Shown here: piece by piece, positions 34,206 through 41,685 of the stretch
Numbering within the stretch: position 1 is the stretch's first letter
How the letters are laid out: each line of letters begins with the position of its first letter
Notes under the pieces: model-generated
The model's input: only the letters and a program-made list of their open reading frames with translations
What the model was told of the DNA's origin: nothing
Database searches by the model: none
Virus record (IMG/VR): IMGVR_UViG_3300008807_000172
Location: 1-48,555 of that record
Origin: a virus
Length of the DNA: 48,555 nucleotides
Reading direction: 5' to 3' (one strand)
Made by a program: the position numbers and the translations under genes

Positions 34206-34423
34206 CACGACGCCCTCGGATCAAGCGAGGCATTGTCGTACGCGATCCCAAAGTAGACCGGCCCGTTCTCCTTCGAGACGATGCGGCCACCATCAGGATC
34301 ATACTTCTCCCGCAACCGCGCCAACTCGATCCCCGCATCGTTCTGCGTGATCGTCCTTCCCGTCAGCCACCGCACCTTCTGGGCGAACTCGCGGCAGTCG
34401 TCTTCGGTGGGGGTCCAGGTCAT
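34205..34423 (-). CDS. Hypothetical protein (72 aa), first gene after the 230-bp gap
   Basis: ATG 34423 with GGAGTGG upstream. Confidence 0.55.
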   Translation of the reverse strand: MTWTPTEDDCREFAQKVRWLTGRTITQNDAGIELARLREKYDPDGGRIVSKENGPVYFGIAYDNASLDPRAS

Positions 34424-34589
34424 TGATCCACTCCGGGTTGAAGGTTTGACACGGGTAAAAAATTTGAGGTCCAGGGCCTGAATCCATCGCGCCGGACACC
34501 GACGTGGGTGCGCGCGCTGCGGATTTTACCCCCCGCCCCGCCGCGATCCGCCCCCAGGAAAACGCCCCTGGATCCAACCGGCCGCAGCC

Positions 34590-34643
34590 CAGCCGATGCC
34601 GCCAAGCGAGCGCCTCCCAACCGATGCCTCTTCAGCCGATGCC
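34590..34643 (-). repeat. Three direct copies of GGCATCGGYTG (minus-strand reading)
   Basis: Plus strand CAGCCGATGCC 34590, CAACCGATGCC 34618, CAGCCGATGCC 34633; just downstream of TerS-like stop. Confidence 0.6.
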
Positions 34644-34652
34644 GGGTCGATT

Positions 34653-35150
34653 TCACTCGTCTGACTCCTCGCGAGTCTGACGGGTCGGCGTAATATCCAG
34701 CAACGGCGGGCGTTCCACGACACCGGGCAACCGCTCACTTAGCGGATGCCCCCCCATATTCAGGGTGTTTGTCACGATTTGGATGAGCTGGCGCTGTCCG
34801 GTTGAGCCGCCACCGACGTCCGGCTTGAGGTCGCCGAAGTGGTCAAGGATGGTCCGAGCGGCCTTAAGCTGCACGTCCTCAGACTGAGCCTCAGCCGCCA
34901 GGCCGGCCACCGTGACCCACGCCTTCTCCCTTTGGCTTTCCATCCACGCGCGTCTTACACGTTCCTTCTCGGCCTTGACGTGAGGCTTCTTGAGCGCCTG
35001 AGTCAGCGAATGTGGCGTATACCCGGTACGCATCGCCGCATCCTTGACCGTGAGGCCGTCAGAAACGATGAGCTGCAACGCCGTGCGTAGCGCAGGGCTT
35101 ATCCGGCCCTTGCGGATCGTCTCGCCATCTCTGTTGACGAGTTCCTGCAT
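34653..35150 (-). CDS. HTH protein resembling a terminase small subunit
   Basis: ATG 35150; GLTVKDAAMRTGYTPHSLTQALKKPHVKAEKERV pattern; 3.3 kb upstream of TerL. Confidence 0.4.
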   Translation of the reverse strand: MQELVNRDGETIRKGRISPALRTALQLIVSDGLTVKDAAMRTGYTPHSLTQALKKPHVKAEKERVRRAWMESQREKAWVTVAGLAAEAQSEDVQLKAARTILDHFGDLKPDVGGGSTGQRQLIQIVTNTLNMGGHPLSERLPGVVERPPLLDITPTRQTREESDE

Positions 35151-35152
35151 GG

Positions 35153-35602
35153 CTATTCGGCGTTCACCAACGCGTGGGCGTCGTACCACCCGTTCACCCA
35201 GGCATCCGGCGCGTCATCCTTGATGCGCAAATGCGTCAGATACGCCCAATACCCCTCCGCATACTCGCGCGCCTCGCGCTCCTCATCCGTCTCCGGCGCG
35301 GGCTCCTCGAGCGCATCCAGCATGTCAGGCTCAACGGCCACCAGGCCGGGCACCTTGAGGGCGGCGATGTACTGGCCGAGCGTGCGGTCCCGCTCGATAC
35401 GCGACCACGGGTCCGCCTTGGCCTCCTTCAGCACGTCCGCCAGGATACCGGGATCTACCCCGCGTTCAGCGACCGTCTTGCGGGTTTCGGACAAGGCGGC
35501 GCTGGCCTGGTCGACAACCGCCATGGCGCCGAACAGGTCATAGGCGGCCTTGGCGATCGTGGCCTGACTGACGTTCGGCAAGGCGAGGGGCTTAGGCGGC
35601 AT
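35153..35602 (-). CDS. Hypothetical protein (149 aa)
   Basis: Start moved to ATG 35602; acidic C-terminal half. Confidence 0.5.
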   Translation of the reverse strand: MPPKPLALPNVSQATIAKAAYDLFGAMAVVDQASAALSETRKTVAERGVDPGILADVLKEAKADPWSRIERDRTLGQYIAALKVPGLVAVEPDMLDALEEPAPETDEEREAREYAEGYWAYLTHLRIKDDAPDAWVNGWYDAHALVNAE

Positions 35603-35981
35603 GTGGGGCGATCCTGCGGAATGAGGAGATCGGCCGGGCGCGTGGCCTGACCTTGGGCGTGGGCGGCGGGTGCGCCTTGAACGGCGTGATCGTGCCGGCC
35701 GCGGTGTAGGACTGCAGCTTGAGGGACTCAGCCATGTCCTGGGGGAGAAGCGCGAAGACGTATCCAAGCGCCTCAAGCCACACCTCGAACATGTAGCTGA
35801 CCTGTAGGCCACGCTTGCCCGACGGCGTGTCAGGATGCTCCAGCTTGGCCGTGTAGCCGTCCTGGAACCCGGCGTGATGGTCCAGGTCGAGGCAGGTCAT
35901 CCCCTTCGCCATGCGCACGTCACGCATGACACGGGCCGCGTCGGTGCGGTTGACGATGCGAAAGGCCGGCAAATCCGCCAC
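35592..35981 (-). CDS. HTH regulator, first gene of the leftward operon leaving the control region
   Basis: MRDVRMAKGMTCLDLDHHAGFQDGYTAKLE XRE-like HTH; GTG 35981 or a downstream ATG. Confidence 0.5.
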   Translation of the reverse strand: MADLPAFRIVNRTDAARVMRDVRMAKGMTCLDLDHHAGFQDGYTAKLEHPDTPSGKRGLQVSYMFEVWLEALGYVFALLPQDMAESLKLQSYTAAGTITPFKAHPPPTPKVRPRARPISSFRRIAPHAA

Positions 35982-36031
35982 GTGAACGCCCCCATTGCGT
36001 TGCGATGAGCATACGGGGCCAAAGGTGAATG

Positions 36032-36046
36032 TTTGCTATATGCGAC
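36032..36046. promoter_or_regulatory. Operator-family site TTTGCTATATGCGAC
   Basis: NTNGC-N5-GCNAC pattern about 50 nt upstream of the 35981 start. Confidence 0.45.
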
Positions 36047-36062
36047 AAACGGGTCGGAATCT

Positions 36063-36081
36063 CACTGCTTCACTGCTTCAC
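36063..36081 (+). repeat. Two overlapping direct copies of CACTGCTTCAC
   Basis: 36063-36073 and 36071-36081 share CAC. Confidence 0.8.
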
Positions 36082-36084
36082 GTA

Positions 36085-36102
36085 GGGGGGGTCGAATCCC
36101 CC
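36085..36102. other. G-run/C-run hairpin GGGGGGG-TCGAAT-CCCCC
   Basis: G7 at 36085-36091, C5 at 36098-36102; a separate C8 run lies at 36121-36128. Confidence 0.5.
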
Positions 36103-36152
36103 TGAAAGACTCTCTCACATCCCCCCCCACCCTCTTCCTGAGAAGTCCAAAT

Positions 36153-36168
36153 TGTATCAGTTGATACA
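36153..36168. promoter_or_regulatory. Inverted repeat TGTATCA-GT-TGATACA
   Basis: Perfect 7-bp arms. Confidence 0.55.
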
Positions 36169-36197
36169 GTGAGCAAATTCAAGGATTTAGCGATTTT

Positions 36198-36229
36198 CAC
36201 TGCTTCACCGGAAGGGGCGTGAAGCAGTG
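36198..36229. repeat. Inverted pair CACTGCTTCAC-N10-GTGAAGCAGTG
   Basis: Exact 11-bp arms at 36198-36208 and 36219-36229. Confidence 0.85.
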
Positions 36230-36296
36230 GGGAAACCCGAGAAGGGCTCCTTACTTTTGGTTGTATTTGGGGTGGCTAGAGCACACGTATAGCGAT

Positions 36297-36346
36297 ATCT
36301 GCTTCACGCGTACATTCGTAATTTCTGGCAGGTCGGTGAAGCAGTG
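36297..36346. repeat. Second inverted pair (atCTGCTTCAC ... GTGAAGCAGTG), 28-nt spacer
   Basis: 9/11 copy at 36297-36307, exact inverted copy at 36336-36346. Confidence 0.7.
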
Positions 36347-36349
36347 GAT

Positions 36350-36364
36350 GTTGCTATTTGCCAC
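36350..36364. promoter_or_regulatory. Operator-family site GTTGCTATTTGCCAC
   Basis: GTNGC-N5-GCNAC pattern 30 nt upstream of ATG 36394. Confidence 0.5.
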
Positions 36365-36393
36365 TTTTGCCAGTCAGTCGAGCCTGTGCCACC

Positions 36394-36591
36394 ATGACGG
36401 GTATGGATCAGTTCATCGACGGGCTCGCGCATGTCATCGCCGCGGTGATCGCCTGGGTTGGCGTGAGCCTGGTGGGCGCCGCCGCCGTAATCGTCGGCTA
36501 CGCGATCCAATGCCTAATCTTGGTCGCCCTGATCCTGCCGGTGATCCTTTTGGTCGACCGCTTCAAGGCCAAGCGCCGCAAGACGCCTTAG
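36394..36591 (+). CDS. Small membrane protein (65 aa, two TM segments)
   Basis: ATG 36394; VIAAVIAWVGVSLVGAAAVIVGYAIQCLILVALILPVILLV then KAKRRK. Confidence 0.5.
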   Translation: MTGMDQFIDGLAHVIAAVIAWVGVSLVGAAAVIVGYAIQCLILVALILPVILLVDRFKAKRRKTP

Positions 36592-36714
36592 GGCCTCTGG
36601 ACGGCCGGGCTGATCGGCGGCCCGCAGGCGCCAGGCATCTATTGCATCAAGCATCGGACGCTGAACGCGCACCGTCACAGGCTCGCTGTCCAGCCGAGGA
36701 CGACCCCGCTTCAT
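36514..36714 (-). CDS. Ribbon-helix-helix (CopG/Arc-like) DNA-binding protein
   Basis: ATG 36714: MKRGRPRLDSEPVTVRVQRPMLDAIDAWR...EALRRLAALGLE; 3' end overlaps the convergent membrane ORF by 78 nt. Confidence 0.55.
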   Translation of the reverse strand: MKRGRPRLDSEPVTVRVQRPMLDAIDAWRLRAADQPGRPEALRRLAALGLEAVDQKDHRQDQGDQD

Positions 36715-36719
36715 GTGTC

Positions 36720-36755
36720 TTGACACACCCCATTTTATGACATTATATAATGTCA
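36720..36755 (+). promoter_or_regulatory. Promoter-like TTGACA/TATAAT with 18-bp perfect palindrome TGACATTATATAATGTCA
   Basis: TTGACA 36720-36725; TATAAT 36746-36751; palindrome 36738-36755. Confidence 0.6.
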
Positions 36756-36820
36756 GCTTGGGAAGGGGTTGCAGCCCCTGCCCAAGCCTAACCGCAACCC
36801 GATCATGGAGGATCAGGGCC

Positions 36821-37144
36821 TTGGCTTCTCACGCCACTACCACACCGCACACGCCAATTCATCCCCCGACGCTGCCCGCCCTGGTGGCGCTGTACTGGGA
36901 CACATGGGGGCGCCTGGAAAAGGCCGCCGAAGACACCACGGAGCAACGACGCCTGGGCGCCCTCCTGAAACGGGTGTTCCACCGCATGATGGAGGCGCCG
37001 GCCTCCAGTCCGAGAGAATTGGCCGACAAGGCCGAGGCGTTCGCCCATTGGGAAACCGAGTACGTCGCAGACCTGCACCTGTCCGGTCACCCGGCGGCGC
37101 GTCTGTGGCGCGACATGCTTGCTCTGGCGGAGCGCAGCCAATGA
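36821..37144 (+). CDS. Hypothetical protein (107 aa)
   Basis: TTG 36821 with GGAGGA 8 nt upstream; C-terminus coupled by ATGA to next gene; start uncertain. Confidence 0.45.
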   Translation: MASHATTTPHTPIHPPTLPALVALYWDTWGRLEKAAEDTTEQRRLGALLKRVFHRMMEAPASSPRELADKAEAFAHWETEYVADLHLSGHPAARLWRDMLALAERSQ

Positions 37145-37572
37145 GCGAGTACGCCCAAAACCTCATCCGCCGCGCCTTTCAGGTCAAGGAAGTGCGCGAA
37201 TTGAAGATGAGCGAGATCACCAGGTTCGTGCAGAACCGGATCTCGAGCGAAGACAGGTACGCGGCCCTGACGGCGATGCGCGAAAGCGGCGAGCTATCCC
37301 GCCACTTCGTTGAGCCGCTCGAAGCTCGTCGGGCCTGTACGCTCTTCCGGCAAGAGCGGATTATCAGCCCCGTGCCGCTCCAGAACGATGGTCGCAAGAT
37401 CAAGCCGTCTGGAGCCGCGCAACGCCGCACCAAGCTGGCGCGCGAGCTGATCGCCGCCGGTCGCGAGCAGGTGGCTGCGCTCAAAGAGACCACCATCCTT
37501 ATCCGGCAGCTGACCGAGACGTTGCGAAATCCGCAGCTGGCCGAGAAGCTGCGAGAAAAGCTGCGGGACTAA
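37141..37572 (+). CDS. Hypothetical helical protein (143 aa)
   Basis: ATG 37141; only the C-terminal part of the 267-aa track ORF looks coding. Confidence 0.55.
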   Translation: MSEYAQNLIRRAFQVKEVRELKMSEITRFVQNRISSEDRYAALTAMRESGELSRHFVEPLEARRACTLFRQERIISPVPLQNDGRKIKPSGAAQRRTKLARELIAAGREQVAALKETTILIRQLTETLRNPQLAEKLREKLRD

Positions 37573-37594
37573 GGTTCAAGCCCCCCTCCCAACT

Positions 37595-37622
37595 GGCCCG
37601 CCACCGCGCGGGCCTTCTTTTT
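37595..37622 (+). terminator. Rho-independent terminator
   Basis: GGCCCGC/GCGGGCC stem (37595-37601 / 37608-37614) followed by TTCTTTTT. Confidence 0.75.
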
Positions 37623-37637
37623 GTCGCCAATAGCAAC
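37623..37637. promoter_or_regulatory. Operator-family site GTCGCCAATAGCAAC
   Basis: GTNGC-N5-GCNAC pattern just before TTGACT 37645-37650. Confidence 0.5.
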
Positions 37638-37664
37638 ATTCCTGTTGACTCACCCCGATTCCTG

Positions 37665-37679
37665 TTCACAAATAGCGAC
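37665..37679. promoter_or_regulatory. Operator half-site TTCACAAATAGCGAC
   Basis: Shares AAATAGCGAC with the 4283 site; left half degenerate. Confidence 0.35.
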
Positions 37680-37720
37680 ATTCCAGCCCGAACCGGGCGC
37701 CCAGATAGGGACTCAAGGAT

Positions 37721-38014
37721 ATGTCGGACACCACCCGAAAGACCGCCACCGCCGCGCGCTACGAGGCCAGCACAGCCACGATCCGCAGCGTGCCGGAAAA
37801 CTACTGGCTGGCGACGATGGACAGTTGGGACGGCGCCCCGAACCACGAGGCCAACGCCCACATCATGGCCGCCTCGTTCCAGATGCTGGACATCCTCCGC
37901 ATCACCGAACGCAACCTGAGCAGCCTCATCGCCGCCAAGCACTCCGACGCCATCCTCATGACGACCTGGCGCGAGGAAGTGCGGAAGGCGATCGCAGCGG
38001 CGGAAGGCCAATGA
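37721..38014 (+). CDS. Hypothetical protein (97 aa)
   Basis: ATG with AAGGA upstream. Confidence 0.55.
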   Translation: MSDTTRKTATAARYEASTATIRSVPENYWLATMDSWDGAPNHEANAHIMAASFQMLDILRITERNLSSLIAAKHSDAILMTTWREEVRKAIAAAEGQ

Positions 38015-38109
38015 CCCCCCGTCCCCTCCCCCTCGCCCTCCTCTCGACGGCCTGCTTCGCCGCGGCCGCCCTCCTCTTCACCCTCTGGTTTTGGATGGTG
38101 TTTCAATGA
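38011..38109 (+). CDS. 32-aa membrane micro-protein
   Basis: MTPRPLPLALLSTACFAAAALLFTLWFWMVFQ; ATGA overlaps at both ends. Confidence 0.4.
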   Translation: MTPRPLPLALLSTACFAAAALLFTLWFWMVFQ

Positions 38110-38579
38110 AAGCCCAACGCACCCTCGACACGATCGACATAGACGGTAACCCGTTTCGCGCCACCATCAGAACGCGCAAGCTGGCTCGTGGCTGGCTCTC
38201 GGATTCCAAGGCGCACGGCTTTGGCGACGTGACATGCTACTACCCCACGTCTGAGCAATCCATTGCCGAAGTCGTCACCATGATCGAGCGGCGAGCCGCA
38301 CGATGGAAGGCGCGCATGGCCGCTTCCTACACCTCGCCCCCCATCGAATCCGACGCCGTGCAAAGCGCCCGCGACAAGGGCCAATCGGTCCTGTTCCGCG
38401 TGCTGGCCCCGCGCGCCGACGGCTCCTATGGCCGCCTCTGCCACTACATGGGCGATGATCCGGCCCACACCCTGGGCATGGCGCAACAGCTCGCCGCGTC
38501 CCGCCCCGGCGCCCTGGTCGAACGCATCGACGTGGCGGCCGGCGTGGTCGTCGGCGCCGCGATGGGAGTCGCGGCATGA
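38106..38579 (+). CDS. Hypothetical protein (157 aa)
   Basis: ATG 38106, translationally coupled. Confidence 0.55.
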   Translation: MKAQRTLDTIDIDGNPFRATIRTRKLARGWLSDSKAHGFGDVTCYYPTSEQSIAEVVTMIERRAARWKARMAASYTSPPIESDAVQSARDKGQSVLFRVLAPRADGSYGRLCHYMGDDPAHTLGMAQQLAASRPGALVERIDVAAGVVVGAAMGVAA

Positions 38580-38776
38580 CCCACGCCCCCTTCACCCAAT
38601 ACGCCCCCGGCGCCCGCTACACGAACCGGCCGATGACCCTGGCGGCCGGCGAGGTTGCCGAGATCGAACGGACTCCGCTTGAACGTGTGAGCTGGTGGTC
38701 CGTGGCGCTCCTCGGCCTGTTCCTGTTCGCCGTGGCCGCCCTGGGCGCCCTGCTGTTCCTGGTGCTGGCCCAATGA
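38576..38776 (+). CDS. Small membrane protein (66 aa)
   Basis: C-terminal WWSVALLGLFLFAVAALGALLFLVLA. Confidence 0.5.
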   Translation: MTHAPFTQYAPGARYTNRPMTLAAGEVAEIERTPLERVSWWSVALLGLFLFAVAALGALLFLVLAQ

Positions 38777-39024
38777 GCGCGGCCGAGACCATGAACGCCG
38801 CCATTGGGCGTTGGATCGGCGAGGCCCGCCTTCGCCCTGATGGCGCCGCCCTCCTTCAAGCCAAGGTCGGCTGGATCGAGAAGCAGAACGGCGAGCTGTT
38901 CCGCTACGCCCAGCGCGATGAAGCGCCTCCGAAGCATCTGGTTGGTCTGACCACCTACGACCTGATCGAAGGTCGGCTCCGGTTGGTCTCGGCTGTGGCT
39001 GAGATCGAGGGGGTCAGCCAATGA
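38773..39024 (+). CDS. Hypothetical protein (83 aa)
   Basis: ATG 38773 in ATGA overlap. Confidence 0.5.
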   Translation: MSAAETMNAAIGRWIGEARLRPDGAALLQAKVGWIEKQNGELFRYAQRDEAPPKHLVGLTTYDLIEGRLRLVSAVAEIEGVSQ

Positions 39025-39257
39025 CCTCCACCATTAAAGAGGGATGGACGAAGGGGCCTTTGGAAGTCGGTGACACTGACAACGTGTCCCTCTTCCGAGC
39101 GAACCAGCGACTGTTCGAAGAGATCAGGCTTCACAACCTCTCCGTCACTGTTCGCCGTATCAGGGGTGGCGACTGGGGCGCGCCCGAAAACCAATACCGA
39201 AACGCTTTCGACGAAGCCCGCGCCGCCCTCTCCAAAGCTGGAGCTTCCTATGAGTGA
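39021..39257 (+). CDS. Hypothetical protein (78 aa)
   Basis: ATGA coupling. Confidence 0.5.
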   Translation: MTSTIKEGWTKGPLEVGDTDNVSLFRANQRLFEEIRLHNLSVTVRRIRGGDWGAPENQYRNAFDEARAALSKAGASYE

Positions 39258-39672
39258 GGAAATCAGAGACGCGGAAAGCGTGTGCGCGGTCGCTGGTGCG
39301 CCGCCATCGAAGGCGGATTGGCTCGCGCTCAACGGTCGTCAGCGGGTTTGGCTTTCCGCGCATGGCCGGAAAAAGCCTTTTCGCATGGCGTGGCTCAATG
39401 CGAACCGCCGTCACGCCAGCGGGCCGCCTGAGACTTGGAAGTTCCTGAAAGCGTGGTGGAGGCACGGCTGGATCATCAGCACGCTCTCGATCCACGACAC
39501 CGACCGGGAGGCGTTGGAGCCGTACTTCGAGCCCGGGACCTGGGGCCTGAGCCCACGAGGCGAGGCGTTGCTGCGCGCTTGGCTTGATGATGGCGGACCC
39601 AACGGGCCGACCACGAAGGACAGCGACACCGCACAGACCCCATCAATCAATGCTCGGGAAGCGGGACAATGA
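39250..39672 (+). CDS. Hypothetical protein (140 aa)
   Basis: Internal ATG 39250 of track ORF 39070..39672. Confidence 0.5.
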   Translation: MSEEIRDAESVCAVAGAPPSKADWLALNGRQRVWLSAHGRKKPFRMAWLNANRRHASGPPETWKFLKAWWRHGWIISTLSIHDTDREALEPYFEPGTWGLSPRGEALLRAWLDDGGPNGPTTKDSDTAQTPSINAREAGQ

Positions 39673-39932
39673 GCGGCTCCCTCCGAGACTACGACGACCT
39701 CTGCGAGGCCCTGGAAGCCTACGAGGCCGCGCCCTTCCCCGCCCACGGCTGGCAGATGCGTCTGGGCCGGGTTGCCCTCTACGCCCACCGCTGCGGAAAG
39801 CCCGGTGGAGAGGCGACCCTGCCTTGGGCCAAGCGCCGCCGGGAAACCTACCGCAACACCGTCACCGGGGCTGTCGCCTACCTGCAAGAGCATATCGACG
39901 CCCTTCATCAAACCCAAGGGGCTCAACAGTGA
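39669..39932 (+). CDS. Hypothetical protein (87 aa)
   Basis: ATGA coupling. Confidence 0.5.
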   Translation: MSGSLRDYDDLCEALEAYEAAPFPAHGWQMRLGRVALYAHRCGKPGGEATLPWAKRRRETYRNTVTGAVAYLQEHIDALHQTQGAQQ

Positions 39933-40528
39933 TCAAGCAAACCATTCTCAACCGCCTCTCCGGTGAAGTCATGTTCACCGCCGAGATTGACTGTAGCGCC
40001 GATGCTCTGCCTTCCGTAAAGCTGGGCCTCGCCGTTAAGGCGGCGGTGAAAGAGCGGGCCGACCTGTCGTGGGCCAACCTGTCGGGGGCCAACCTGTCGG
40101 GGGCCAACCTGTCGTGGGCCAACCTGTCGGGGGCCAACCTGTCGGGGGCCAACCTGTCGGGGGCCGACCTGTCGTGGGCCAACCTGTCGGGGGCCAACCT
40201 GTCGGGGGCCGACCTGTCGCGGGCCTACCTGTCGGGGGCCAACCTGTCGGGGGCCAAAGTCAACGGCGATCCCGTAGCCCGCCTTCTGGCGAGCGTCCAG
40301 CGGCTTATCGAGCCCTACGCCTTCCACGCTTTCGAGATGGAAGCGGGGGGCGTGAAGATCGCGGCCGGCTGTCGCTGGTTCTCGTGCGCCGAGTTCCGCG
40401 CCCACGTCGCCAGCAAATACCCAGACACTCCCAAGGCCGTCGAAACGCTGCGGATCATCGAGTTCATCGAAGGCCGGGCCTCTGACCTTGGTGTCGCCCT
40501 GGAGCCCGCCTCGGCTGTTGCCGCCTAA
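39929..40528 (+). CDS. Pentapeptide-repeat protein (199 aa)
   Basis: GTG 39929 (GTGA overlap); 13 consecutive A(D/N/Y)LS(G/W/R) pentapeptides plus a degenerate AKVNG unit, then a non-repeat C-terminal domain. Confidence 0.9.
   Translation: MIKQTILNRLSGEVMFTAEIDCSADALPSVKLGLAVKAAVKERADLSWANLSGANLSGANLSWANLSGANLSGANLSGADLSWANLSGANLSGADLSRAYLSGANLSGAKVNGDPVARLLASVQRLIEPYAFHAFEMEAGGVKIAAGCRWFSCAEFRAHVASKYPDTPKAVETLRIIEFIEGRASDLGVALEPASAVAA
40056..40250 (+). repeat. 13 tandem 15-bp units GGGCCAACCTGTCGG (near identical)
   Basis: Read directly; encodes the pentapeptide repeats. Confidence 0.95.
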
Positions 40529-40561
40529 CCCCCACCAACCCGCCCGGTGTCGGGCTGAGGG

Positions 40562-41020
40562 ATGATCACCATGACTGAAGAACGTTTCGAGAAAGCCAAG
40601 GCGGCGCGCAAAGCGGCCAGCGCCAACTTCCAAACGGCGAAGGAAGCTCAAGAGAGCGCGATTGCCAAAGCGCGGAGTGAGACGCAGCCCGCCGTCGATG
40701 CGGACCGCAAAGCGCTCATCGAAGCCGACCGCGAATTTCTGGAGGCCGAGAATGCCTCACTGACGCCCCATAAGTGGGAAGGCAAGACGGTCACCCGCAC
40801 AACCAAGGCCTACTCGGGTCGCGGCTACTTCCGAACGGCCACGGAGCGGGATGAGCGCGGCGTCGTCTTCACCTACCGCAATGGCGACGCCCTGGGGCCG
40901 GGCTGGTCCTATCACCATCCAAGCGCTGGCGACCCGATGGTCCGCCTTCTCAAGAAGGACGGCACGCCCGGCGCCAAAACCGCCAGGCTCGTTCCCGCTT
41001 GGAGGCTTGAGGACCAATGA
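40562..41020 (+). CDS. Hypothetical protein (152 aa)
   Basis: ATG 40562 or 40571 (GAGGGA upstream). Confidence 0.55.
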   Translation: MITMTEERFEKAKAARKAASANFQTAKEAQESAIAKARSETQPAVDADRKALIEADREFLEAENASLTPHKWEGKTVTRTTKAYSGRGYFRTATERDERGVVFTYRNGDALGPGWSYHHPSAGDPMVRLLKKDGTPGAKTARLVPAWRLEDQ

Positions 41021-41104
41021 CCAGCAAGCCACTTCTCCCCGGAACCGTGGACATCGCCGGCCTTGACCGGCCACACACAATCCAACCCTAAAGGATCCTG
41101 ACCA

Positions 41105-41323
41105 ATGAACGCCCGACTCTCCCGCGCGAACGCCGCCTTGGCGCTGCTGCAGATGGCCGAGAAGAACCCGACCCGGCGTGGCTGGCGCGAGGCTGCGCGG
41201 GCCTTGGCCGCAGCCCTGAAAGAAGAGATGCTGGCGAACGTCGCGCGCGTGCCGGCGCCGGCCAATGACTTGGCGCCGCGGCCGAAGCGGAGTCGGAAGC
41301 GTGAGGACAGGCCGAGTCTCTGA
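41105..41323 (+). CDS. Hypothetical protein (72 aa)
   Basis: ATG 41105; stop overlaps next start. Confidence 0.5.
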   Translation: MNARLSRANAALALLQMAEKNPTRRGWREAARALAAALKEEMLANVARVPAPANDLAPRPKRSRKREDRPSL

Positions 41324-41520
41324 TGACCCCCACCGAACTTCACGACGCCCGCCTCCGCCTCGGCTGGTCCATCTACGAGCTGGCCGACGCCCTCAACCTG
41401 GGCGGCTCGACCGAGAAGGGAGCGCAGCGGGTGCGGGAAATGGTGGCGGGCAAGCGCCCCATATCCGGCCCCATCGCTCGCCTTATGGAAGCATTCGAGG
41501 ACGGTTGGCGCCATAAGTAG
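41323..41520 (+). CDS. Small XRE-like HTH protein (65 aa)
   Basis: LHDARLRLGWSIYELADALNLGG...RVREMVAGKRPISGPIARL. Confidence 0.55.
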   Translation: MTPTELHDARLRLGWSIYELADALNLGGSTEKGAQRVREMVAGKRPISGPIARLMEAFEDGWRHK

Positions 41521-41685
41521 CGCGCATGTCTCGTGGCTAGGATTTTCAAGTTAAATCCAGTAAATGTCCTGTATTGGTGCACCCGTTTTGGGGCCGCGAC
41601 AGATTCGCACGCCCCACTTTGGCGTGTCGTCTTGTCGCCACAATTTGGGCCATGGTATCCCGCGGGGACAAAAACCAGTGGGGGA

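Noticed and set aside
36085-36102. tRNA T-arm-like GGGGG-GTCGAAT-CCCCC (possible tRNA fragment or att core)
   Set aside because: No matching acceptor or anticodon arms flank it, it lies 27 kb from the integrase, and the loop starts with G instead of T.
36219-36740. 173-aa plus-strand ORF across the control region
   Set aside because: It starts inside the inverted 11-mer repeat, runs through non-coding repeats and overlaps the better-supported membrane and RHH ORFs.
38113-38122. Extra late-box-like sequence CCAACGCACC in a plus-strand gene
   Set aside because: It is only a 9/11 match, lies inside a coding region of the other operon, and has the wrong transcriptional orientation relative to the seven exact copies.
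40056-40250. Possible CRISPR array
   Set aside because: The repeats are 15 bp, directly abutting with no spacers, and lie in frame inside a coding sequence.
39923-40651. 242-aa minus-strand ORF with PRQVG repeats
   Set aside because: It is the reverse-complement reading of the 15-bp tandem array. The plus-strand pentapeptide-repeat reading is a known protein class and is coupled to its operon.
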